Below are positions 16,485 to 25,381 of a stretch of DNA of 64,000 bases, one piece after another. The DNA is from an uncultured Candidatus Micrarchaeota archaeon. GTDB taxonomy: Archaea > Micrarchaeota > Micrarchaeia > Anstonellales > Bilamarchaeaceae. The notes under the pieces were generated by a model. That model had not been told where the DNA came from. It ran no database searches and saw only the letters and a program-made list of their open reading frames with translations. A program made the translations under genes and the position numbers. The stretch's first letter is position 1. Each line of letters starts with the position of its first letter. The stretch spans positions 1,120,001-1,184,000 of the forward strand of contig OY970229.1 of the NCBI GenBank assembly GCA_963714085.1, given 5' to 3'.

Positions 16485-18164
16485 CTAATCCCCGAGGAAA
16501 TCCGGGCCGCCTCTGTTTTTCCTGGAAGCCACGAACGTGATAACGAGGAGCGCGAGCAGCGCGGCCACCGGGGCCTGGCACGGCACGTTTTCCGGGATGT
16601 TCGAGCTGCCATTGGTCCCTATGCTCGAATTGACGCTCCTGTTCGCCGCTATGCTTTTGTTCAGCGCGATACTGGCGTTCAACGCGATGCTCTCGTTCAG
16701 CGCAATGCTTTTGTTCAACGCGATGCTCGCATTCAACGCGCGACTCGCATTAAGCGCGATACTGGCATTCAATGCCATGCTCTCGTTCAGCGCGATACCC
16801 GCATTCAGTGCAATGCTTTTGTTCAGCGCGATACTAGCATTCAACGCGCGGCTCGCATTCAGCGCTATGCTGGCATTCAACGCGATACTCGCATTCAGCG
16901 CAATGCTTTTGTTCAACGCGATGCTGGCGTTTATCCTCGCGGATTCCATCACCGCGGCTTCCTTCTCCGCAGCTATCAGGGATGGCGCGATCGAGGCGCT
17001 CTCGCTTGCGATGCTCCCCTCCTGCGTCTGGACGCAGCTCACGTCAAGGTAATCGAGCAATGTGCGTCTCGCATTTATCATCTGCGGTATCGCGTAATCC
17101 GGAGGGGGGCAGAAATCGTAGGTGCTGAAGATGGGCTGGTACATGACCGCGGTCTCGTGGCGGTTGAGCGTTTCGATATCCGAGAGGGCCGTATCCGCGG
17201 CCGAATAGGACGGCGCCTGGCTGAAGGCATGGGACGAGCCGATGGCTTGGTCCAGCGCGGCGTTGGCGCTGTCCACGCTCGTCTTATATGAAAGCATGGA
17301 ATCTATGAACGGCCAGCCCATCTGCCCGAAATACCAGCATACCGGCACCGAGGCGCACGCGTACTGGCAGGTGCTCCGGTTCACGCACGGGTACTCGTAC
17401 ATCCCGGTGATCTCCATGCAGTTGGTCTCCGGCCCTTGCTTGAGCGCTTTCGAGTAGTTGAGCACCGTGAACGGCTCTGAGAGGTCCCCGGAAAATGGCG
17501 GGCTCGCGGCCGCAGCGTATCCCGAAACCAGGGAGCTTATCGTTCCGTAGCTGGAGACCGCGCTGACATTCGTGCCGTTGATCATGAATACCGCGAAGGA
17601 GCCGTTCTTTTCCAGATAGGCCAGCGCGAGATGGCCGCTTTCGTAAAATACGGTGACGTTCTGGCTCCAGTTCAGCGAATCCAGGTGCTGACTGATGCTC
17701 TGGCGCAGTTCCGAGCCTGATTCCGGCACGAGATAGGCGCACGTTGCGTTCCAGCGGTTGAGCGGTGCCGCATTCAAGTCAATGCTTTCGACTAAGCCCA
17801 CGTCCCCCTTTACCGTGAACGAGACCTCGGTGCTTTCGTTCGGCCCCATTGGCGGCATGTCCCAGTAGGGCCAGCCGTCTGATTCGTAACCGTCCGGATT
17901 AAGGGCGTACGTCAGGTTCCTGGGGACGAACCACGCGTTCGTGCTTGAAAGCGTGAGCCGGAACGCGCTTGTGGAGGAGTCAGACGGATCGACGATCCTT
18001 ATCCTGAACGTGGTGTTGTACCCATCGTAAATAGTCGGAGGGTAGTCAACCGGGCAATCTATGTATCCGTAAGACCCGCCCGGTATGCTTACCGTATTGG
18101 CTGCGCCGGCCATGTGGAACATCGCGAGCACAATCATGACCGCGAGTAGTGTTTTCATAGCCAT
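16485..18164 (-). CDS. Secreted Cys-rich surface glycoprotein with repeat stalk and C-terminal TM anchor
   Basis: Signal peptide MKTLLAVMIVLAMFHMAGA; many NxS/T sequons; C-terminal hydrophobic helix plus RKNR. Confidence 0.85.
   Translation of the reverse strand: MAMKTLLAVMIVLAMFHMAGAANTVSIPGGSYGYIDCPVDYPPTIYDGYNTTFRIRIVDPSDSSTSAFRLTLSSTNAWFVPRNLTYALNPDGYESDGWPYWDMPPMGPNESTEVSFTVKGDVGLVESIDLNAAPLNRWNATCAYLVPESGSELRQSISQHLDSLNWSQNVTVFYESGHLALAYLEKNGSFAVFMINGTNVSAVSSYGTISSLVSGYAAAASPPFSGDLSEPFTVLNYSKALKQGPETNCMEITGMYEYPCVNRSTCQYACASVPVCWYFGQMGWPFIDSMLSYKTSVDSANAALDQAIGSSHAFSQAPSYSAADTALSDIETLNRHETAVMYQPIFSTYDFCPPPDYAIPQMINARRTLLDYLDVSCVQTQEGSIASESASIAPSLIAAEKEAAVMESARINASIALNKSIALNASIALNASIALNASRALNASIALNKSIALNAGIALNESMALNASIALNASRALNASIALNKSIALNESIALNASIALNKSIAANRSVNSSIGTNGSSNIPENVPCQAPVAALLALLVITFVASRKNRGGPDFLGD
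16632..16937 (-). repeat. Imperfect 18-bp tandem repeat encoding ALN(A/K/E)S(I/R/M)
   Basis: 15 ALNxxx units plus RINASI and AANRSV; codons vary between units. Confidence 0.95.
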
Positions 18165-18284
18165 CAGAAATGACAACCCGGGGAAGGTTTTAGTACCTTG
18201 GCGGAAAGGGGTTCCCTTCCGCACCCGAACCGCTTTTCTTTTATTCCTATTCTAATAACATCATCCCAATCACAGGTCGATTTT

Positions 18285-20639
18285 ATGCTCCAAGAAAGGT
18301 ACGACAGGACGATAGAGGAGAAATGGCAGAAGTGGTGGGCTGACAACAACACCTACAGCTTCGATGAGAAGGACGAGACGAAGCCGGTCTATTCGCTGGA
18401 CACTCCGCCGCCGTTCACGTCCGGCGACCTCCACATGGGCCATGTGCTGAGCTACTCGTATTTCGACTTCGTGGCACGCTACAAGCGCATGCGCGGCTTC
18501 AACGTCTATTACCCCCAGGGATGGGACACACAGGGGTTCCCCACCGAAGTGAAAGTGGAGAAGAAGTTCGGCAGGCTCCCCCCCGTGCAGTTCCGCGAGA
18601 AGTGCATAGAGTGGACGCGGGAGTTCATAGCGCGCATGAAGATGCAGATGAACCAGATGGGCTTCAGCCCTGACTGGCGCTACGAATACCGGACCATGGA
18701 GCCGGAATACCACAGGAAAGTCCAGCTCTCGCTGCTGAAAATGTATAATGATAAGCTGGTCTACAGGTCCAAGTACCCTGTCTACTGGTGCCCCAAATGC
18801 GTGTCCGCCATCGCGAAGGCCGAGCTCGACGACGAGGACAAGGACGGGACCATGCACCACATAAACTTCACGGGCCCGGACGGCGAAAATCTCATCATAG
18901 CGACCACCAGGCCCGAGCTCATGCCCGCGTGCGTGGCCGTGCTTTTCCATCCGGCAGACGAGCGCTACCGGAATCTTGACGGAAAAACAATCAAGACCGC
19001 GCTCGGGAAAGAGGTCCTGGCCATCGCGGACAAGGACGTGGACAAGGAGTTCGGCACCGGCCTGCTCATGGTATGCACGTTCGGCGACAAGATGGACGTA
19101 GTGTGGATGCACAGGTACAAGCTGCCCATGATAGACTCCATAGACCAGCACGGCAGGATGAAGAACTCCGGCGAGTTCGACGGCCTCAAGGTCGAGGAGG
19201 CGAAGAAGAAGGTCGTGGAGAAGCTCAAGGCGGAAGGCAAGCTCGTGAAATCCGTGCCCCTGAGGCAGACCGTGAAGGTGCACGACCGGTGCAAGACCCC
19301 GGTGGAGCTCATCCCCTCATTGCAGTGGTTCGCCGACATACGCACGACGGCCAAGCACATCAAGGCGTTCGCCGAGAGGATAAAATGGGTGCCTGATTTC
19401 GGCATAAGCTATCTCATCGACTGGGTCGAGGGCGCGGAATGGGACTGGGTGATCTCCCGCCAGCGCGTGTTCGGCACCCCGCTCCCGTTCTATTTCTGCG
19501 AGAAATGCGGCGCGACCGCCGGCGCCGAGCCTGGCGAATTGCCGTTCTATCCGGAGAAAGCCGCTGGCAGGGCCTGCTCGTGCGGAAGCAGGATGCTCCC
19601 GGAGACCAGCACCTGCGACGTGTGGGTGGACTCGAGCATAACGCCGCTCATAATCGCCGGATGGCCGGATGACGAGAAGAGGATGGCACGCTTGTATCCC
19701 GCGTCGCTGAGGCCCCAGGGTGTGGAGATTGTCCGTACATGGGCGTTCTACACCATCTACCGCAGCGGGGTGGCGCTCACGGGCATCCCGCCTTTCCATA
19801 CCATACTGCTCAACGGGAACGTGCTCGCACCGGACGGCAAGAAGATGTCCAAGAGCACGGGCAACATAATCTCGCCCTCTGACCTGCTGCGCGACTATCC
19901 GGCCGACGCCATACGGCAATGGGCCGCGATGTCAGGCGCCATGGCCAAGGACCGCCCGTTCAGCTACGAGGACATAAAGTACGCGAAGAGCTTCCTCACC
20001 AAGTTGTGGAACGCTGCGAAGCTGGTGGACAAGTCCCTGGAGGGCTACGAGGCGCGGGACGTCGATCCCGGAAGCCTCGGCACCATCGACAGGTGGATAG
20101 TAAGCAGGATGAACCAGGTCGTAGAGGAGTACACCCGCGACATGGAGGCCTTCGAGTTCCACAAGGCCATACGCGCCATGCAGAACTTCTTCTGGCACGA
20201 CGTCTGCGACAACTACCTGGAGTACGTGAAGCACCGGGTGTACGGCACGGACGCCAAGGCCAAGCAGGACGCGCAGCACTGCCTGGATTACGTGCTGCGC
20301 AATTCTATCCGCCTGCTCGCGCCCATAACCCCGCACATGGCAGAAGAGCTTAACCGCGAGGTGTTCAAGGCTGAAAAATCCATACACCTGAGCGCCTGGT
20401 CCGCCGGAGGCCCGGTGGACGCGGACGCCATATCCGCGCTGGAGCTGTTCAACCGGGTGGTGACGGAGCTGCGCCAATACAAGGCGAAGAACAAGATGGC
20501 GCAGAACGCGGAGCTGGCCAAAGTCCGCCTCAGCCTGCCCGGGCCGCTGGGCGCGGAGCTGGAATCAGAACTCAGGCTAATCAGCAAGCTGAAGGAAGTG
20601 GAGCAGATCAAGGGAGAATTCAACGTATCCGTTCTCTAG
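18285..20639 (+). CDS. valS: Valyl-tRNA synthetase
   Basis: DTPPPFTSGDLHMGH, DWVISRQR.FG, LRPQG, KMSKS. Confidence 0.95.
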   Translation: MLQERYDRTIEEKWQKWWADNNTYSFDEKDETKPVYSLDTPPPFTSGDLHMGHVLSYSYFDFVARYKRMRGFNVYYPQGWDTQGFPTEVKVEKKFGRLPPVQFREKCIEWTREFIARMKMQMNQMGFSPDWRYEYRTMEPEYHRKVQLSLLKMYNDKLVYRSKYPVYWCPKCVSAIAKAELDDEDKDGTMHHINFTGPDGENLIIATTRPELMPACVAVLFHPADERYRNLDGKTIKTALGKEVLAIADKDVDKEFGTGLLMVCTFGDKMDVVWMHRYKLPMIDSIDQHGRMKNSGEFDGLKVEEAKKKVVEKLKAEGKLVKSVPLRQTVKVHDRCKTPVELIPSLQWFADIRTTAKHIKAFAERIKWVPDFGISYLIDWVEGAEWDWVISRQRVFGTPLPFYFCEKCGATAGAEPGELPFYPEKAAGRACSCGSRMLPETSTCDVWVDSSITPLIIAGWPDDEKRMARLYPASLRPQGVEIVRTWAFYTIYRSGVALTGIPPFHTILLNGNVLAPDGKKMSKSTGNIISPSDLLRDYPADAIRQWAAMSGAMAKDRPFSYEDIKYAKSFLTKLWNAAKLVDKSLEGYEARDVDPGSLGTIDRWIVSRMNQVVEEYTRDMEAFEFHKAIRAMQNFFWHDVCDNYLEYVKHRVYGTDAKAKQDAQHCLDYVLRNSIRLLAPITPHMAEELNREVFKAEKSIHLSAWSAGGPVDADAISALELFNRVVTELRQYKAKNKMAQNAELAKVRLSLPGPLGAELESELRLISKLKEVEQIKGEFNVSVL

Positions 20640-21127
20640 CCGGATATGATCTTACCGGTTATCGTTCCGGATATCGTGTGCGACGAGTTGCTGCAAGCGC
20701 TGCCGGCCGCCGCAACTTCCGGCGTGCATGCCTCGTAGGTGACATTGGCGTTGAGCTGCAGCGCGCTTTTCGCGGGCAGATCGGTGCCGAGCGCAGCCAC
20801 CGAGGTGTAATTGGAGCCGCTCTGCACAATGACGCCTTTGGAGAAACCGCTGAAGGCCAGGTTGTCAGCCGGATCGTACGCCTGGACCTCAGTGATGTTT
20901 ATCGCGTACGGGAATCCGTTGTAAAGGCCGAGCGCGAGATTCGTATCGCTGTTGTTGTTGAAGAGCGCGAACTGGCAGGCCAGGTTGGAGCCGAAGTTGC
21001 ATTCCTCGGACACCAGGAACGTGGACGAGAGCACCCCGCTGCTCATCAAGAGGCCGATTATTATCACGAGGGCCAGTATCGCCCACCCATAGGTGGTCAC
21101 GTATTCTATCATGGATTGTCCACGCAT
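20636..21127 (-). CDS. Class III signal peptide (type IV pilin-like) protein
   Basis: MRG/QSMIEYVTTYGWAIL; paired cysteines. Confidence 0.85.
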   Translation of the reverse strand: MRGQSMIEYVTTYGWAILALVIIIGLLMSSGVLSSTFLVSEECNFGSNLACQFALFNNNSDTNLALGLYNGFPYAINITEVQAYDPADNLAFSGFSKGVIVQSGSNYTSVAALGTDLPAKSALQLNANVTYEACTPEVAAAGSACSNSSHTISGTITGKIISG

Positions 21128-21232
21128 GGATGGATTAACCGGCGTATGACTTAAATACATTTCGCTCTATGTGTTACTAGTAAAATGGCGTATTCTCATC
21201 AGGATACATCACGTTCAAAGGAGGTCGGATAG

Positions 21233-21421
21233 ATGATAGAGACATGTGGGAGATGCGGCGCCCAGACCGCGAAGCTCGAGGTCTGCGCCTACTGCAAGAA
21301 GAAGATATGCTACACCTGCATAAAGAGCCAGAAGAGGAAGAAGCCCGGCAAGATCTACATATGCAAGAGCTGCTGGAGCATCATGCCTTCGAGGAAGCGC
21401 TACAAGGATGTGAAAGGCTAG
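21233..21421 (+). CDS. Small basic Cys-rich zinc-finger protein
   Basis: Four CxxC motifs in 62 aa; GGAGGT SD upstream. Confidence 0.75.
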   Translation: MIETCGRCGAQTAKLEVCAYCKKKICYTCIKSQKRKKPGKIYICKSCWSIMPSRKRYKDVKG

Positions 21422-21538
21422 GATTCTTTGCGGGCTTTCCTGCGCCGCCGTGGCGTCAGGGAAGCTCAAGATTTTAAAAACAATCCATTTATTATCAGCC
21501 TGTTGCTGCCAGGGCAGTAAAGCTGAAAAGGTGATCAG

Positions 21539-21907
21539 ATGGGACTTTTGGACAAGATCTTCGGAAAAAGTGAAAATGTTGAAGTGCCTGATCTAGAGGA
21601 GGTCATGGAAGCCGAGGGAGACGTCGTCAGCCCTCCCGCCGAATTCTACGTCAAGAGGATAGACCTCAGGAACGAAGGCGATGGCGACCTGGTCGTGAAG
21701 GAGCTGGTTCAGAAGAACATAATCATATTGAACCTGCTCCCGCTCTCGAAGCAGCCGAACAGGTTAAAGGGCATAATCGCGAAGCTCAAATCGCACGCGA
21801 ACAAGTCCAACGGCGACATCGCCCTGCTCTCGACCGACGCGATCCTTCTCACGCCATCGAACGTGAAGATCGTGAAATCAAAGCCGAAGCCGAAGAAGAC
21901 GCTCTGA
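21539..21907 (+). CDS. sepF: Cell division protein SepF
   Basis: N-terminal amphipathic MGLLDKIFG; NIIILNL, GDIALL...ILLTPSNVKI. Confidence 0.88.
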   Translation: MGLLDKIFGKSENVEVPDLEEVMEAEGDVVSPPAEFYVKRIDLRNEGDGDLVVKELVQKNIIILNLLPLSKQPNRLKGIIAKLKSHANKSNGDIALLSTDAILLTPSNVKIVKSKPKPKKTL

Positions 21908-22000
21908 TTTTTTTTATCATTCTATGCCCCATTTCGGGGTTATTCCTTCTTTTCCACATTCCTCATGTTCTAAAACATTTCCGATTTAATTACTCCCATA

Positions 22001-22120
22001 GCTGAGGTCGCATAACCCGGTAGTGCGCCGGTCTTGAAAACCGGTCCCTCGTGGATTGCAGGTTCAAACGTTTCCCGTTCCGAAACCGGCAACTGGAAAC
22101 TGGATTTCCTGCCCTCAGCG
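22001..22120 (+). tRNA. tRNA-Ser(UGA) with 38-nt intron (22069-22106) at position 59/60
   Basis: Acceptor stem GCTGAGG/CCTCAGC + G73; anticodon arm CCGGT-CTTGAAA-ACCGG; long variable arm; T stem GCAGG/CCTGC interrupted by a BHB intron. Confidence 0.93.
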
Positions 22121-22134
22121 ATTTTTCCAAACCG

Positions 22135-23451
22135 TCAGCCGACCATCATGTTGTCCACGCGGATGTGCGGCCCCCCGTCGCTGACAGGCGCCTCCTGGCC
22201 GTTCTTCCCGCACATGCCCGGGCTGGTGCCGAAATCCCTGCCGACCGCGGCCACGTTCTTCAGCGTCGTGAGTATATCGCCGCTTATGGCCGCGTCGCGC
22301 ATCACCCGGCCTAGGACCCCGTTGTTTATCTCGTACGCCTCCTCGGCCTTGAACATGAAGCCCCCTGAGAAGATGTCCACGGAGCCGCCTTTCATGCCCT
22401 TAAGATAGACACCGTGCTTCACGTCGAAGACCTCCTCCCTGCTCTGCTCGCCCGGGAGCACGTAGGTATTGGACATCCGGACAATGGGCAGGCTGTCGTA
22501 GCCGTCCGCCCTCGCATGGCCGTTCGGCTCGTCTTTCGTCTCCTCCGCTGTCTCCCTGGAGTTGATGTATCCTTTGAGGACCCCCTTGTCGAGCACGAGG
22601 GTCTTCCTGGCCTCCATGCCCTCGTCGTCGTAGGCATAGGCGCCGAAATCGTCCGCTGTCGGGTCGTCCACTATGGAGAGCAGCCCGTTGCCTATCGTCT
22701 TCCCGACCTTCCCCGCGAGTATGGATTCGCGGTCCGTCACAGAATCAGCCTCCACCGCGTGGCCCATGGCCTCGTGCGCGAACACGCCGCTCAGCTCCGG
22801 GTCCAGGACCACTGTGAACTTGCCCCTGGGCGCGACCGGGGCGCCCACGAGCCTCTCCGCCTTCTCCCTTGACGATACGGCCGCCTTGTGGAGGTCCAGG
22901 CCGTGGAACCCCTTCCTGGAAGCCGAGGTTTCGACTCCCCTAATTATCATGCCCGCGTCCTGCGCCACGCAGCTGCAGGAAAGATAGGCGTAGCCCGTCT
23001 CCTGGACTATGGCCGCGCCTTCCGAGCTGTAGAACTCCTTCCTGAGCGAACTGTCCGAGCACGCGATCCTGCAGGACGTTATCTTCGTGCCGGCCATGCC
23101 CTTCTTCGCGTCGAGCAGCGCCTCCACCTGCTCCTCCACCGGGACCCGCTCGACGGAGCTATTCACCGTTTTCCTCTCGTGCTTCCCCTCGGCGAGCCGT
23201 ATCCTGCCCTTGTCCAGGGAGGCGAGACGCGCCGCCTTCTCGAGCAGGCCGCGCATGTCGGAGACGTCGTTGGACGACGCGAAGCCCCAGGAGCCGTCCT
23301 GCAGCACGCGCACCGAGGCGCCCTGCCAGCTCCCGGAATTCACCTTGACCTCGTCGTCCTGTATGCGGACGACGGCCTCGGTTCCGTTCTCGAGCCTCGC
23401 TTCCGCGTATTTATATCCTGAAAGAAGGCTTTCTATCTCCAAACCACTCAA
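22135..23451 (-). CDS. tldD: TldD family metalloprotease
   Basis: FAHEAMGHAVEAD, YDDEG, RMSNTY, CGKNGQEAPVSDGGPH. Confidence 0.93.
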   Translation of the reverse strand: MSGLEIESLLSGYKYAEARLENGTEAVVRIQDDEVKVNSGSWQGASVRVLQDGSWGFASSNDVSDMRGLLEKAARLASLDKGRIRLAEGKHERKTVNSSVERVPVEEQVEALLDAKKGMAGTKITSCRIACSDSSLRKEFYSSEGAAIVQETGYAYLSCSCVAQDAGMIIRGVETSASRKGFHGLDLHKAAVSSREKAERLVGAPVAPRGKFTVVLDPELSGVFAHEAMGHAVEADSVTDRESILAGKVGKTIGNGLLSIVDDPTADDFGAYAYDDEGMEARKTLVLDKGVLKGYINSRETAEETKDEPNGHARADGYDSLPIVRMSNTYVLPGEQSREEVFDVKHGVYLKGMKGGSVDIFSGGFMFKAEEAYEINNGVLGRVMRDAAISGDILTTLKNVAAVGRDFGTSPGMCGKNGQEAPVSDGGPHIRVDNMMVG

Positions 23452-23452
23452 C

Positions 23453-23923
23453 TCAGAGGGCCTTCCTGGCCTTCTCTGCGTACTCCCTTATGATCTTCTT
23501 CTGCTCGCGGTCCTTCACCGAGCCGCAGAACACGTAGCTTCCTATGGGTATGAGGACCAGTATGGTGCTGCCGAACGTTATCTCTATCTCCCTGGGCACG
23601 TCGCTGGAGCGCTTCATGAGTGCGTCCGTTATGTTCGCGGCGGATGCGATCATGCCGGCTGCGGCGTCGGTCAGCGGCATGGTGGAATGCACTATGGCGC
23701 CGTCCGCCCTGACTATGGCGCCATCCACGCCATGGATCTTCATGTCGTCCAGCACCCCGCCCGGCTCGTCCGAGATGGTGACCTTGGCGGGCGCAGGGGG
23801 CGGTTTCGCCACGGTCTCCCCGGGCTCCTCTTCGGCCGGCGCGGCCTTGGCCTTCCTGATCTCGCTTATGTCGTCCCAGTCGCGCTCGACTATCCTCTTC
23901 ACCGGCTTCTTCTCATCGGCCAT
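23453..23923 (-). CDS. Roadblock/LC7 (MglB-like) domain protein
   Basis: GVDGAIVRADGAIVHS...AGMIAS...EIEITFG..ILVLIPIG pattern after a low-complexity N-terminus. Confidence 0.75.
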   Translation of the reverse strand: MADEKKPVKRIVERDWDDISEIRKAKAAPAEEEPGETVAKPPPAPAKVTISDEPGGVLDDMKIHGVDGAIVRADGAIVHSTMPLTDAAAGMIASAANITDALMKRSSDVPREIEITFGSTILVLIPIGSYVFCGSVKDREQKKIIREYAEKARKAL

Positions 23924-23925
23924 TC

Positions 23926-24651
23926 CTATACCACCGCTATTCCAGAAGGTCCCAGCCTGACCGGTATCGGCATGCCCACCGAAGGCACGTCCAGCTCGAA
24001 TTTTCCGCCGGATTCGCGCAATGTGACCAGCTCGTCCATGCCGTGCTCCAGCAGGCTGAGGAGCTGCTTGTCGTGCACGCCCTCCTCCACCAGCAGGAGC
24101 GTGGTCGCGTCAGAGCTTTTGAGCCTCCCCTCGATTATCTGCAGGAACTTGGTCATCGACTCCTTTGGGTTGTAGAGCACGAGCGTTGACAGGGAATGGA
24201 AAAGCACCCTCAGCCTCTTGCCCGCGGACTTCCTGAGCATGTCGTTGAGCGCTATGGAGATGTCGTTCAGCGCGCCGGGCCCCGAGATATAGACGCATCT
24301 GTCGGTCGAGACGAGCTCCTTCTTCTGGCCGAGCGTCTGGGAATAGCAGTCTATGAAATAGACGTTGTCCTTGCCGAGGTCCAGCCCCATGCCGCCCGCC
24401 TTCTCTTGCATGGCGTCCGGCGTGGCGTCCGCGTTCACTATGAGGACGTTCTCCTTCTTCGGGTCCGCCGCGGCGCAGAACTGGTACGCGAAGGCCTCCT
24501 TCTCGCCGCCCGTGGGCCCTAGCAGCAGCACGTTGCCCGGGTTCGGGTAGCCGCCCTCCATGATGAGGTCGAGGTCCGCGATGCCGGTGGAGAGCCTGTT
24601 CCTCTTCAGTATGGGCGTCTTTTCGTCTACTCCTAGCGGCGGAAGTTCCAT
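23926..24651 (-). CDS. KaiC/RAD55-like ATPase with degenerate Walker motifs
   Basis: STGIADLD..MEGGYP; Walker A GPTGGEKE; FIDCYS; Walker B position VLFHSLSTL. Confidence 0.85.
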   Translation of the reverse strand: MELPPLGVDEKTPILKRNRLSTGIADLDLIMEGGYPNPGNVLLLGPTGGEKEAFAYQFCAAADPKKENVLIVNADATPDAMQEKAGGMGLDLGKDNVYFIDCYSQTLGQKKELVSTDRCVYISGPGALNDISIALNDMLRKSAGKRLRVLFHSLSTLVLYNPKESMTKFLQIIEGRLKSSDATTLLLVEEGVHDKQLLSLLEHGMDELVTLRESGGKFELDVPSVGMPIPVRLGPSGIAVV

Positions 24652-24781
24652 GGGCTTAAATAGGGGAGCAACAGTTTAAAATGTTCTGCCAGACGGGAGG
24701 GCTTATCATCCGGAGTGGTGTAAGGAAAAGCTGGAAAGGAGAAGATAAAAAGAAGGTTTTCGCAGCCGCTCCGTGATGCTT

Positions 24782-25213
24782 CTAGCTCGTAGCCACCGCT
24801 CCGGCCCCGCCGCAGGCGACGGTTCCGACATTGGGCATCATCATGTTGAGCAGGGTCGGTACGATCAGGTATATCACGATGCCGATCACCGCGCCGGTTA
24901 TCATGGCAGTGGCCCAGACCGACGCCCTCGCCCTGGTCTCGGCACCGAGTATCTGGCCTATGGCATAGACCGCGGCAGCCAGCACGACCAGCAGCATGGC
25001 GCCCACGGACAGGAACGTCTGTGCCGTGGCGCACAGGCTGTTCATGGCTGATACGACGCTCATTGCGCTCGGAATCGCACCACCATTAGCGCCAGGAGGA
25101 GGGGTTGTTTCTGTGCCGGCTTGCGCTTGTACGACAGATATGAAACTCATTATCATTATGACTATCGAAAGATACACCCATATCCTCTTGGATGCCGAAA
25201 CGACGTCGAACAT
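24782..25213 (-). CDS. VirB2/TrbC-like pilin paralog 1
   Basis: Signal peptide ending VQA; two hydrophobic helices joined by GAETRARA; GAGGTG SD. Confidence 0.75.
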   Translation of the reverse strand: MFDVVSASKRIWVYLSIVIMIMSFISVVQAQAGTETTPPPGANGGAIPSAMSVVSAMNSLCATAQTFLSVGAMLLVVLAAAVYAIGQILGAETRARASVWATAMITGAVIGIVIYLIVPTLLNMMMPNVGTVACGGAGAVATS

Positions 25214-25381
25214 AGTCCACCTCGGATATCCTTCCTGCTCTAATCGCAATGTCAATCTTTAAATAAGTTCTTACAGTCGAGGCTGCGGAACTGTGTCGCA
25301 TAACTCGTCCTGATAGAGCAGCCCCATGAATATTCCATCTGACTAAAACATCTCTACCAGGGCGCATCAGCCAACCGGTGT

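Noticed and set aside
16632..16937. Repeat array as CRISPR
   Set aside because: Contiguous 18-bp in-frame coding units with no spacers and no cas genes
21430..21470. GC-rich hairpin after the zinc-finger gene
   Set aside because: Likely a simple terminator or stability hairpin with no further evidence
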